A stretch of DNA of 64,000 bases from a candidate division WOR-3 bacterium (GTDB lineage Bacteria > Hydrothermota > Tepidihabitantia > Tepidihabitantales > Tepidihabitantaceae). A model generated the notes under the pieces. That model was not told the origin of the DNA. It was given only the letters and a program-made list of their open reading frames with translations, and ran no database searches. Below, piece by piece: positions 9,357-18,663 of the stretch. The first letter of the stretch is position 1. Each line of letters starts with the position of its first letter. The DNA lies in assembly GCA_026418295.1 (NCBI GenBank), contig JAOABP010000002.1, forward strand, positions 162,367 through 226,366. The letters are read 5' to 3'. The translations under genes and the position numbers were made by a program.

Positions 9357-10015
9357 GGTTAATGTTCTTTGGCTTTATTACTGGTTATTTATTAGGCTCC
9401 ATTCCTTTCGCTTGGATTGCAGTTTGGTTGTTTAAACGCATAGATATGCGCAATTATGGCAGCAGGACCGTATCGGCGACAATGGTGGGGGTACTGATTT
9501 CCAAACCTATTGCGGCCATAATTGGCTGTCTGGATATTCTTAAAGGATTGATACCAGTTTACTTCGGAAAAACTTTCTTTGAAAGTAGTGGTTTAAGTAG
9601 TAGTTTTTTCGCCTATGCTGCGGGAATTGGTGCTCTTCTTGGACACAACTGGCCCATATGGCTACGCTTTCAGGGAGGAAGAGGAGTAAGTGTTGTTCTT
9701 AGCGTTTTGACCGTTCTGTTTCCTTTTGGTGCAATTTATCTGTTGGTAATGCTCGGGTTAGGCAAGCTTTTCCGAGCAGGGGCGATTATGGTTATAATTG
9801 CACTAAGTACAATGCCGGTACTTTCTGTTTTATTGCATAAACCTTTACCCGATATCATTTTTTTGTTATTGGTTTTTCTAATCTGTTTAATCAAGAGAAT
9901 AGAAGCAAATCGGGAATCATTACCTGATGTCAACAAAAGGGCTGTTATATTACGCCGGATATTTTGGGATCGTGACGTTCGTGATTATCACCATTGGCTC
10001 CATCGTCAACTTTAA
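9353..10015 (+). CDS. plsY: Divergent PlsY-family (acyl-phosphate:G3P acyltransferase-like) membrane protein
   Basis: GYLLGSIPF, DILKG, GHNWPIWLRFQGGRG; multi-TM. Motifs 1 and 3 are atypical. GTGA overlap with the upstream gene. Confidence 0.75.
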   Translation: MRLMFFGFITGYLLGSIPFAWIAVWLFKRIDMRNYGSRTVSATMVGVLISKPIAAIIGCLDILKGLIPVYFGKTFFESSGLSSSFFAYAAGIGALLGHNWPIWLRFQGGRGVSVVLSVLTVLFPFGAIYLLVMLGLGKLFRAGAIMVIIALSTMPVLSVLLHKPLPDIIFLLLVFLICLIKRIEANRESLPDVNKRAVILRRIFWDRDVRDYHHWLHRQL

Positions 10016-10227
10016 GTAAGATGATTTAACAAACACTAAAGTTATGTTTTGTGATACGTAGTAACCATTATGAATTGAGACTGGTATTTTTGCAGTTTAT
10101 TTAAAAGATTAATGAAGGTCTATTCAGGCATGGAGGAGAATTAAAATTGTTTAAGTTATAATTCAGTCCAGCGGCGTCGAAAAATTACCAATAAAAAGCA
10201 CGGTTTGAGCTGTATGAGAGAGCAAGG

Positions 10228-11262
10228 TTATTGCCGGTGGCAATTTTGAAATCTGCTGGCAAGCTGTCCACAGCCGGCAAGTACCTGACTACCGCGAGAT
10301 TTTCTGATAGTAACAGCGGGGAGATGAGGGTAGAGGAGTTGAGCAAACTTCGAAACTTTGTCTGGATGTGGGGTAGAGAAGTCTGCGCCGGGAAAGGAAT
10401 TGAAGGGAATAAGATTGATTTTGCAGGGAATATTTCTTAGCATTCTAATCAGTCGTTCGGCATCGGCAGTCAGGTTATTAACACCATCGAGGAGAACATA
10501 TTCAAATGTTAGTCTTCGACCAGTAGCTATTATATATTCCCGTGCCGCTGCTAGGAGGTGGTTCAGTGGATACTTGATATTGATCGGCATCAGTTTTGAG
10601 CGGAGAGAATCAGTAGTTGCATTCAGGGAGATTGCTAGTCGAACCTGAATTGGAAGTGCAGCAAGCTTCTTTATACCTTCCGGTATACCAGCGGTAGATA
10701 CTGTGATGCGCCTAGCACCGATTCTTAGACCATAATCAGAATTAATGGCGACTATTGCCTTAAAAACCTCTTCTATGTTCATAAACGGTTCTCCCATACC
10801 CATGAAAACAATATTTGTTGGTGAAATCCCAGTGTAGTTAATAATTGCCTGAATCTGTTCCACAATTTCGTGCCAGCGGAGGTTGCGTATAAACCCCATT
10901 CGAGCGGTAGCACAGAAACGGCATCCGAGCGCACAACCAACTTGCGTAGAGACACAAATTGTGCGCCGGTTCTGTTCAATAATTAGTACTGATTCGATTA
11001 GATTTTGATCCTCGAGTTCGAGTGTGAATTTGATAGTGCCATCGTTGCCGGTTTGAATCTGGGCCAGTTTGAGCCGGCTGATATAAAATCGTTCTGCCAA
11101 TTGGGCACGAATTGTTTTGCTAAGGTTGGTCATCTGGTCGAAACTTTCAACATTTTTCTGCCAGAGCCATTGATAAATTTGAATTGCACGATATTTTTCC
11201 CATTTCATCTGATATACAAGATTAAGCAGTTGTTCTAAGTCGAGTGTTTTGATATCAGTCAT
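10228..11262 (-). CDS. rlmN: Dual-specificity RNA methyltransferase RlmN (radical SAM)
   Basis: CVSTQVGCALGCRFC, MGMGEP, NLIPFN, AGCGQL. Confidence 0.95.
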   Translation of the reverse strand: MTDIKTLDLEQLLNLVYQMKWEKYRAIQIYQWLWQKNVESFDQMTNLSKTIRAQLAERFYISRLKLAQIQTGNDGTIKFTLELEDQNLIESVLIIEQNRRTICVSTQVGCALGCRFCATARMGFIRNLRWHEIVEQIQAIINYTGISPTNIVFMGMGEPFMNIEEVFKAIVAINSDYGLRIGARRITVSTAGIPEGIKKLAALPIQVRLAISLNATTDSLRSKLMPINIKYPLNHLLAAAREYIIATGRRLTFEYVLLDGVNNLTADAERLIRMLRNIPCKINLIPFNSFPGADFSTPHPDKVSKFAQLLYPHLPAVTIRKSRGSQVLAGCGQLASRFQNCHRQ

Positions 11263-11273
11263 CCGTTTATAGT

Positions 11274-12449
11274 TTATTCGGAATTCATTGCGACATTGAG
11301 TGCAAAACCAATCATTGTCATGGTTGCTGCCAGCGATGAACCGCCGTAGCTGATTAGTGGTAGCGTTATGCCAGTTACAGGCAGAATGCCAAGTAGCATC
11401 CCGATATTGACAAATACATGATAGCCGATGATGGCGGCAAAGCCGACAGTTATCAGTGCGCCATTTTGATCGCGAGTTCTGTATGCGATCAGCAGGAGTC
11501 GGTAAATAAGCAGGCCGAATATTATTAGCAGGACCACGCTACCAATTAAACCAAATTCTTCAGCAATGCATGAAAATATGAAGTCTGTATGGCGGTTGGG
11601 AAGGAAACCGAGTCTCTTTTGGCTACCATTGAGGTAGCCTTTGCCGAAAAGTCTGCCTGATCCAATGGCAATCTGAGACTGAATTATGTTCCAACCTATT
11701 CCGTGAGGATCTAGCCACGGTGCGAAAAAACTTTTGATTCTGGCACGCTGGTAATCTTTTAGCAGAGAAAGAAATACCGGTGAAAGTAACCCGAAGAAGG
11801 ATCCAGTGGCAATAGCTGCAAGCGCGCGAAAGAACCGGAGGCGCAGAAAGACAATTATAGAAAGGATAGAAAAAAATGGAATCCAGAAATAAAGCGAGAA
11901 CCCAGCGATAAAGGATAACACTGGCATAAAAAGTAACAGGATATAAAGCGGCCGTAGTCCCTGCCAGTAGAGCATAGCTGCGTACATTGGTAGAAATGAA
12001 ATCGATGTGCTTAAGTCCGGTTCCAAGAGGATCAGTGTTACTACCGGGAGAACAATCGCGGTCGGTCCAGCAAGGGTTCTAAAATCAAAATCCATCTTCC
12101 GGCGATAACTGAGATACTTAGCGAGAATAATTACAGTTGAGATCTTTGCTAGTTCAGATGGCTGAAAATTAAACGTCCCTATAGCAAACCATCGATGGGC
12201 ACCTGGGCCACTTCCGAAAATCAATACTAGTACCAGTAGGAGTAATGTTAAACCGTAGAAAATTTCGGCCATGCCGTAAATCAGCCTTCGAGGCGTGAAG
12301 CAAGCAATTAAAAGACCGGTAATACCGACAGGTAGAAATATCAGCTGGCGAAACAGATACTGGCTGCTGGCAGAAGAGTAGATAGCAAGTAATCCGATGA
12401 TAACTAAGAGACAAGTAGTTCCGAGGAGTGTAATATCTACCTTTTTCAC
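11274..12449 (-). CDS. rodA: Rod shape-determining SEDS glycosyltransferase RodA
   Basis: FQPSELAK, QSQIAIGSG, LPNRHTDFIF, LPLISYGGSS; lies in the mre cluster. Confidence 0.93.
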   Translation of the reverse strand: MKKVDITLLGTTCLLVIIGLLAIYSSASSQYLFRQLIFLPVGITGLLIACFTPRRLIYGMAEIFYGLTLLLLVLVLIFGSGPGAHRWFAIGTFNFQPSELAKISTVIILAKYLSYRRKMDFDFRTLAGPTAIVLPVVTLILLEPDLSTSISFLPMYAAMLYWQGLRPLYILLLFMPVLSFIAGFSLYFWIPFFSILSIIVFLRLRFFRALAAIATGSFFGLLSPVFLSLLKDYQRARIKSFFAPWLDPHGIGWNIIQSQIAIGSGRLFGKGYLNGSQKRLGFLPNRHTDFIFSCIAEEFGLIGSVVLLIIFGLLIYRLLLIAYRTRDQNGALITVGFAAIIGYHVFVNIGMLLGILPVTGITLPLISYGGSSLAATMTMIGFALNVAMNSE

Positions 12450-14176
12450 GGTAGGGTTCGTTTTGTGAAATAATAACGAACGAGTTCGCCTACGATCGGG
12501 GCAGCAACGGTACCCCCATGTCCGGCGTTTTCTATGATGACTGCAATAGCAATTTCGGGATTGTCAGCTGGAGCATAACCGACAAACCACGCATGGTCAG
12601 GATTAGGCGGATTTTGAGCAGTGCCAGTTTTGCCGGCGATAGTAATTTCTTGTAGCTGCGCTGCCTGACCCGTGCCATATTCAACTACACGGGTAAGTGC
12701 ATTCTTTATCCAGTCAAGATTAGTTTGATTTATTTTAACTTCGAATCGCTGGGGTTTGTTAATTAGGATTATCTGGCCCGCTGATTCAATTTTTGCTACC
12801 AAATAAGGTCGAAAGTAGAATCCACCATTGGCAAAACACGAGTATAATTGAGTTAGCTGTAATGCGGTCACAAGGACTTCCCCTTGTCCAATACAGTAAT
12901 TAAGCATAAACCCTTGTGTCCACTGATTTTTTCCGTAACGCCGATTCAGAAAATCACGGTCTGGAATATTTCCTGCGTTTTCTCCAGGAATGTCAATGCC
13001 CGTATTTTTACCGAGACCAAACTGGTGACAAAATTCCGCCAGTGTATCAACTCTAATTTTTGTTCCCAGCTGATAGAAAAAAACATTACACGACTGTTCT
13101 ATTGCACCAATTATATTCAGTCTGCCGTGAGCAGACCAGCATTTGAATTTACGATTGCCATATTGGAAGGTGCCATTACAGGGGAGAAGTTGAGCATGCG
13201 GAGTAATCAGTTGTTTCTCTAACGCCAGCAGAGCAACAAGGGGTTTAAATGTACTGCCGGGTGGATAAGCCGAGGAAATGGCGCGGTTGTAGAATGGTTT
13301 TGATTTATTGGATATCAAGGTATTCCATTGTGAAGGATTAAGTGGGGCAAGAAATATGTTGGGATCAAAATCGGGGTAGGAAACAAGACAAAGAATTTCT
13401 CCAGTATTGATCGCGATTGCAACTACAGCTGCTCGTTCGTACTTGCTTATCAAGTCATATGCAGCCTGTTGGAGATTATGGTCGATTGTTAAGTAGATGT
13501 CTTTTCCAGGAATGTAGGGTTCGGGTCTTTTTTCCGGAAGCGGTCCAATTTCCCGCCCCCGGGCGTCCACTTCGACATACTTGTAGCCATCGCGTCCACG
13601 CAAGAATCTTTCATAACGAGCTTCGATTCCGGTCTTACCTATATAATCGAGAAGACGATAGGAGGAATCCCGTGAGAGTTCTTCTTCAGTTATCTCGCCG
13701 ACATAACCGATGACATGTGAATACAAATTACGAAATGGGTAATTACGGATGTGGTCTACTCTAACGAGAACCCCCGGGAGACGAAAATTGTTTTCTTCAA
13801 TTTTGGCAATTACATCGAATGATGCATTCCGCAAGATATCGATCGGAGCCGGAACTTCTGAGACCGGTTGAAGGCGACGTAGCAGTTCGTTTTGTGGCCT
13901 GTTAAGTAATATGCTCAGTAATGCTAAGGCGCTGTCATTGGTTTCTGTGGGGATGATTGCTACGGTCCAAGTAGGACGGGTATCGGCAAGCAATATGCCA
14001 TTACGATCGAAAATTCGCCCCCGGGGTGCAGGTAATACAATTTTCCTTATCCGGTTACGGTCACTTAGACGGGCATAGCGTTTTCCCTGAATAATTTGAA
14101 GCTGGATGAGTCTTGCTCCGAGAATCAGCAGGAGAGTAATTAAAATAAAGCACAGCCTTTTCAGACGATCTTTCAT
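12446..14176 (-). CDS. mrdA: Penicillin-binding protein 2
   Basis: APRGRIFDRNG, PGSTFK (SxxK), QSCN (SxN), KTGTAQ. Confidence 0.95.
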   Translation of the reverse strand: MKDRLKRLCFILITLLLILGARLIQLQIIQGKRYARLSDRNRIRKIVLPAPRGRIFDRNGILLADTRPTWTVAIIPTETNDSALALLSILLNRPQNELLRRLQPVSEVPAPIDILRNASFDVIAKIEENNFRLPGVLVRVDHIRNYPFRNLYSHVIGYVGEITEEELSRDSSYRLLDYIGKTGIEARYERFLRGRDGYKYVEVDARGREIGPLPEKRPEPYIPGKDIYLTIDHNLQQAAYDLISKYERAAVVAIAINTGEILCLVSYPDFDPNIFLAPLNPSQWNTLISNKSKPFYNRAISSAYPPGSTFKPLVALLALEKQLITPHAQLLPCNGTFQYGNRKFKCWSAHGRLNIIGAIEQSCNVFFYQLGTKIRVDTLAEFCHQFGLGKNTGIDIPGENAGNIPDRDFLNRRYGKNQWTQGFMLNYCIGQGEVLVTALQLTQLYSCFANGGFYFRPYLVAKIESAGQIILINKPQRFEVKINQTNLDWIKNALTRVVEYGTGQAAQLQEITIAGKTGTAQNPPNPDHAWFVGYAPADNPEIAIAVIIENAGHGGTVAAPIVGELVRYYFTKRTLP

Positions 14177-14607
14177 TTATTTTGGAAAAAGAGTTTATAC
14201 ATGGTTCTTTCTACGGGTAAACTGAAGGATAATGTCAAGAGAGCGGTAATAAGAAGTGAGGAAAGTGATAATGGCATTCCGTTAATAAGAAGAAAAGAGT
14301 TTTTAATTAAAATTCCCACAAGAGCAAAGACAATTGGTTGCCAAAAACTTCGATAAAAGAAGCTTCGCATTATATTTACGAAATAACCGATGATACTAAG
14401 GCTGAACATGTTAACCCCTAGTTTATATGGTACGATGAGATCGAAACAAAACCCGATCAGAAAACCCGCGAGTGTCGATGTAACTTTATCCTCATAAAGA
14501 GCTAGCGTTATGAGTATTAATAGAGATAAATCCGGTCCACCCAATAATATGGCAGTTTGAATGATAAAGGAGCAGTATAATATCATAATCGTGAACAATC
14601 GGCGCAT
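14173..14607 (-). CDS. mreD: Rod shape-determining protein MreD
   Basis: Small multi-TM protein with PDL and GF..D motifs, between mreC and mrdA. Confidence 0.8.
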   Translation of the reverse strand: MRRLFTIMILYCSFIIQTAILLGGPDLSLLILITLALYEDKVTSTLAGFLIGFCFDLIVPYKLGVNMFSLSIIGYFVNIMRSFFYRSFWQPIVFALVGILIKNSFLLINGMPLSLSSLLITALLTLSFSLPVERTMYKLFFQNK

Positions 14608-14612
14608 GATGA

Positions 14613-15434
14613 CTATTCTGGCAAGTTAAGTTCAAAAGGTAAGCTTTCCAATGATGAGTTAGTATCTGGTGAATGCAGATTATGGACAATGATGTAAATG
14701 TTATCGACCTTTGAGAGTGAAACAAACGGTTTGACGAACACTTTTTTAAACACATCTTGTACAGTGGGGATTTCGATTACAATCCCAATTTTCAGACCTT
14801 TTGGAAAGATGCCGCCCAATCCGGAAGAAAGAACAGTGTCTCCAATTTTAAAATCGGCATCGGGATTTACATAATCAAGTTCCAATAGATCCTCATTATT
14901 ATATTTTGGCCTGCAGATGGCTAATTCACCATTACGGCTATTGAGCGCTGCTATTCTAAAATCGGGTTCAAGGATTGTTTGAACGAGTGATTGGTGCGGG
15001 GAAACTGCAATAACACGCCCGACTATCCCCTCAGGTGTGATGGCGGTCGCTCCGATTTGAATTTTATGTACAGTACCCCGGTTGAGCAATAGAAACCTTT
15101 TGAGAGTACTCATGTCGCGGGCAATGATCTGTGAGGAAAGTAAATTAGCGTTGCCTAATGATATGGTTGAAGTGTCATTTCGGGTAGATTTAAGCCGAGC
15201 GTTTTCCACAGCAAGCTCACAGGCAATTTGGGTCATTCGTTGGGTTAGATTTCGGTTTGCGGCAATGAATGATTTGACAAAAGCTATTGCGCGATTAGGA
15301 AGCAGAAGTACTTCAGCCAGTGGATGGGTAAGCTTCAGTTTAGAGGCAGGGGGAATGAAATTGACGAGCAGTGCAAGAATAACAATCCCCACTGAGATAC
15401 GATCATATTTTGAAACAGCTGCTTTATAAGGCAT
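14613..15434 (-). CDS. mreC: Rod shape-determining protein MreC
   Basis: ENARLK coiled coil, GIVGRV, SSGLGGIFPKGLKIG. Confidence 0.9.
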   Translation of the reverse strand: MPYKAAVSKYDRISVGIVILALLVNFIPPASKLKLTHPLAEVLLLPNRAIAFVKSFIAANRNLTQRMTQIACELAVENARLKSTRNDTSTISLGNANLLSSQIIARDMSTLKRFLLLNRGTVHKIQIGATAITPEGIVGRVIAVSPHQSLVQTILEPDFRIAALNSRNGELAICRPKYNNEDLLELDYVNPDADFKIGDTVLSSGLGGIFPKGLKIGIVIEIPTVQDVFKKVFVKPFVSLSKVDNIYIIVHNLHSPDTNSSLESLPFELNLPE

Positions 15435-15461
15435 CGCCGGTTTGCAAAAGCACAGTGTAAA

Positions 15462-16505
15462 TTATTTCGAGCGCAGGATCAGTTTTTCATGAAGTCCTAT
15501 GTTTTCCAGAATCCTGCCGGCACCCCGTACTACACTTTCAATAGGATTTTCAGCAACGTATACAGGTAGATTGGTTTCTTCTTTGATCAATAAGTCCAGC
15601 CCCCTCAAGAGGGACCCGCCTCCGCACATGTATATGCCACGGTCAACAATATCAGCAGCAAGCTCAGGTGGTGTTTTTTCCAGCGCCAGCCGCACAGCAT
15701 CTATAATAAGAGATACTGGTTCCTCCAGGGATTCGCGGACCTTGGTAGATGTAATTCTAATCGTTTTTGGAATACCCGAAACAAGATCCCGGCCTTTAAC
15801 TTCCATATTTTCCTCTGTGCCTGTTGCGTAGGCAGAGCCAATGGTTATTTTTATACTTTCGGCTGTTTGTTCACCGATAATAAGATTATAATTCTTTTTA
15901 ATGTAGTTTATAATTGCCTCGTCCATTTCGTCGCCGGCAACGCGTATTGATGCAGCGTTTACAACCCCGCTTAATGCTACAACCGCGATTTCTGTAGTGC
16001 CCCCACCAATATCTACAATCATATTGCCGGTTGGCGCGTCTACTGGTAAACCGGCACCAATTGCTGCTGCAATCGGCTCTGAAACCATATAGATTTCTCT
16101 AGCGCCTGAGGCTTCGATAGAATCCCGTACAGCCCGTTTTTCCACTTCGGTTATCCCTGATGGTACACAGACGATTACCCGTGGTCGGACAAAGAGTTTC
16201 TTTCTTTGAACCATACTGATGAAAGACTTCAGCATGATTTCTACCATACTGAAGTCTGCAATTACTCCATCCTTCATCGGTCTAACTGCCCTTACACCTT
16301 CTGGTGTTCGGCCGAGCATGCGTTTGGCTTCAGTCCCAACGGCAACTACCTCATGAGTCACTTCATCAACTGCAACTATAGATGGTTCACGCAGTGCTAT
16401 TCCTTTACCCCGAACATAAATTAAGGTTGATGAAGTTCCCAAGTCGATGGCGATATCATTTACAAATCTTTCTGTAATGTTCTGAATGATCGAATTGAGA
16501 ATCAC
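15462..16505 (-). CDS. mreB: Actin-like protein MreB
   Basis: IAIDLGT, RPMKDGVIADF, DIGGGTTE, GGGSLL. GTG 16505 is preferred as start because a -10 box sits 6 nt upstream. Confidence 0.95.
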   Translation of the reverse strand: MILNSIIQNITERFVNDIAIDLGTSSTLIYVRGKGIALREPSIVAVDEVTHEVVAVGTEAKRMLGRTPEGVRAVRPMKDGVIADFSMVEIMLKSFISMVQRKKLFVRPRVIVCVPSGITEVEKRAVRDSIEASGAREIYMVSEPIAAAIGAGLPVDAPTGNMIVDIGGGTTEIAVVALSGVVNAASIRVAGDEMDEAIINYIKKNYNLIIGEQTAESIKITIGSAYATGTEENMEVKGRDLVSGIPKTIRITSTKVRESLEEPVSLIIDAVRLALEKTPPELAADIVDRGIYMCGGGSLLRGLDLLIKEETNLPVYVAENPIESVVRGAGRILENIGLHEKLILRSK

Positions 16506-16511
16506 TTTTAT

Positions 16512-16540
16512 AGAGTAATCCCAAATCAATTAAAAGTCAA
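16512..16540 (-). promoter_or_regulatory. Sigma70-type promoter for the mreB operon (TTGACT-17-TACTCT)
   Basis: Read directly from sequence; 6 nt upstream of GTG. Confidence 0.55.
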
Positions 16541-16666
16541 GCTCAGAATGTAGTTTTGTGCTGCATACGGCAGAATATCAGTACAACATGATATTTTTCA
16601 ATGGGTTATGATTGTCACCCGGCAAGCTGTTTTAGAAGTGTCCGCGACTAGGCAAATTAGTGCTGC

Positions 16667-16694
16667 TTGACCGTTGATCAGTTAATGGTAAATT
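16667..16694 (+). promoter_or_regulatory. Sigma70-type promoter for purM (TTGACC-16-TAAATT, extended TG)
   Basis: Read directly from sequence; 10 nt upstream of ATG. Confidence 0.45.
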
Positions 16695-16704
16695 ATATTA
16701 TTCT

Positions 16705-17703
16705 ATGCTTTATCGTGACGCCGGCGTGGACATAAGTAGGATGCAGCAGGTTAAACAGTGTATTGCTCATATGGTTACTTCAACCTTTTCCCCATATGTA
16801 GTTTCTGAGATCGGGCATTTCGGATCGCTCTTTAGGTTGCCTAAAATGAAAAATCCGCTATTAGTTGCCAGCTGTGATGGAGTGGGGACGAAGTTATTAA
16901 TTGCTAAAATGATGCGCAGGTTTGATACAGTAGGTATGGATCTTGTAAATCATTGCGTTAACGATATTCTCACCTTGGGAGCTAAGCCACTTTTCTTTCT
17001 TGATTACATTGCTCACGCTGATTTATCTAATGAGCAAATTGCTCTCATAGTGAAGGGAGTAGTTCGTGGATGTAAATATCATGATTGTGCTTTAGTCGGT
17101 GGAGAAACTGCTATGATGCCTGATGTTTACAAAACTGGTGATTTTGACTTAGTGGGGTTTATTGTCGGTGTCGTTGAACAGAATTCGGTTGTTGATGCTA
17201 AGCGATTAGAACCGGGTGATCTACTTATAGGGCTTCCTTCTTCTGGTCTCCATACAAACGGTTATTCCCTGGTTCGAAAGATTTTTTTTCAACAGCATAA
17301 TTTCACGCTGAATACCCGGCTAAAAGGGTTAAAAAAGCCACTTGGAGAGGAGCTTTTGCGTCCGCATCGTTCATATTATAAAAAAGTTTACCCCTTGTTA
17401 GGAGAAATTAAGGCGATTGCTCATATAACAGGGGGCGGGTTTTATGAAAATATCCAGAGACTTTTACCGCCAGAACGGTCCTGTGTTATTAAAAAATCTG
17501 CTTGGCCAGTACCTCGGCTTTTTCGTTACATACAGATGCTCGGAAGCATTCCGGATACCGAAATGTTCCGGACCTTCAACATGGGCATCGGGATGGTAAT
17601 TTTTGTTGCCCCATCTAAACTTGATAAAATAATACCTACAATCGGGCAAGCCTACGTCATCGGAAAGGTTGTAAGAGGTAATTTCGGCGTGGAGCTTGTT
17701 TGA
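16705..17703 (+). CDS. purM: Phosphoribosylformylglycinamidine cyclo-ligase (AIR synthetase)
   Basis: YRDAGVD, DGVGTK, GGETA, SSGLHTNGYSL, HITGGG, TFNMGIG. Confidence 0.95.
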   Translation: MLYRDAGVDISRMQQVKQCIAHMVTSTFSPYVVSEIGHFGSLFRLPKMKNPLLVASCDGVGTKLLIAKMMRRFDTVGMDLVNHCVNDILTLGAKPLFFLDYIAHADLSNEQIALIVKGVVRGCKYHDCALVGGETAMMPDVYKTGDFDLVGFIVGVVEQNSVVDAKRLEPGDLLIGLPSSGLHTNGYSLVRKIFFQQHNFTLNTRLKGLKKPLGEELLRPHRSYYKKVYPLLGEIKAIAHITGGGFYENIQRLLPPERSCVIKKSAWPVPRLFRYIQMLGSIPDTEMFRTFNMGIGMVIFVAPSKLDKIIPTIGQAYVIGKVVRGNFGVELV

Positions 17704-17733
17704 CGATAATGCGAGTACAAGTTGTATCCCATA

Positions 17734-18663
17734 CTAACCGCGAGGATGAAAGGTTTTATATACATCTTGCAGATAGGAAGTATCAATGTGAGTATAAACT
17801 TGCGTAGTTGCGATATTAGCATGACCTAGCATATCTTGGACCGCTCTTAGGTCGGCACCTCCCTCCAAGAGATGAGTTGCAAAAGAATGCCGAAGGGTAT
17901 GGGGTGTAATACGTTTAGAAAATCCAGCAAGTCGAACACAAATCCGCAAAATCTTCCAAATACCCATTCGACTTAGCTTTCCTCCCCGATGGTTAATAAA
18001 GAGATATGGAGATGGCGATTTACCGTTATTAAATTGGTGTCGTAATATCAAATAATCTTTTACAGCTCTTAATGCGTGTTTACCCAAGGGAACGATACGT
18101 TCTTTAGACCTTTTGCCGATAATGCGAACGAATCTTTCGTCAAAATTGATATCACTTAATGTAAGATTTGATAGTTCCGATACCCGTAAGCCTGCTCCAT
18201 ATGCAATTTCCAGTAGCGCTTTTGCGCGCATCGATGCAAAGCGGTTAGGTATTTTCTCAGTTGATTTAATTAAATGATTAATTTCCATCTGTGTCAACAC
18301 AGTCGGTAAACGTCTGGTTTGCCTTGGTGTTTTTAAACTTTCTATTCCGGAAATAGTTGTATTGTATTGTTCTTCAATAAAATTACATAACATTTTAATT
18401 GATATTAGCTTACGCGCAATAGTTGTTTTTGCAAGTTCCAACTCGGTAAGTTTCTTCAGAAACTGCCGTATAAGTTCGGCTTTCATAAGTGTAGGTTGTT
18501 TAGCTATCTGAGGATAAAAACATAGAAATTGTTTGCAGTCGTTAAGATAACTTGTTACCGATAGATGGGTTAGTCCACGTTCAACAAGTAAATAATGTGA
18601 AAATTGTTCCAGTAGCCGGGAGTGCTCAATTAAATAGCCCAGTTTAGAATTTTTCGAGAACAT
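17734..18663 (-). CDS. xerD: Site-specific tyrosine recombinase, XerD type
   Basis: GLRVSEL, GKRSKERIVP, HTLRHSFATHLLEGGADLR.VQ.MLGH, TTQVYTH, C-terminal HPRG. Confidence 0.85.
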   Translation of the reverse strand: MFSKNSKLGYLIEHSRLLEQFSHYLLVERGLTHLSVTSYLNDCKQFLCFYPQIAKQPTLMKAELIRQFLKKLTELELAKTTIARKLISIKMLCNFIEEQYNTTISGIESLKTPRQTRRLPTVLTQMEINHLIKSTEKIPNRFASMRAKALLEIAYGAGLRVSELSNLTLSDINFDERFVRIIGKRSKERIVPLGKHALRAVKDYLILRHQFNNGKSPSPYLFINHRGGKLSRMGIWKILRICVRLAGFSKRITPHTLRHSFATHLLEGGADLRAVQDMLGHANIATTQVYTHIDTSYLQDVYKTFHPRG

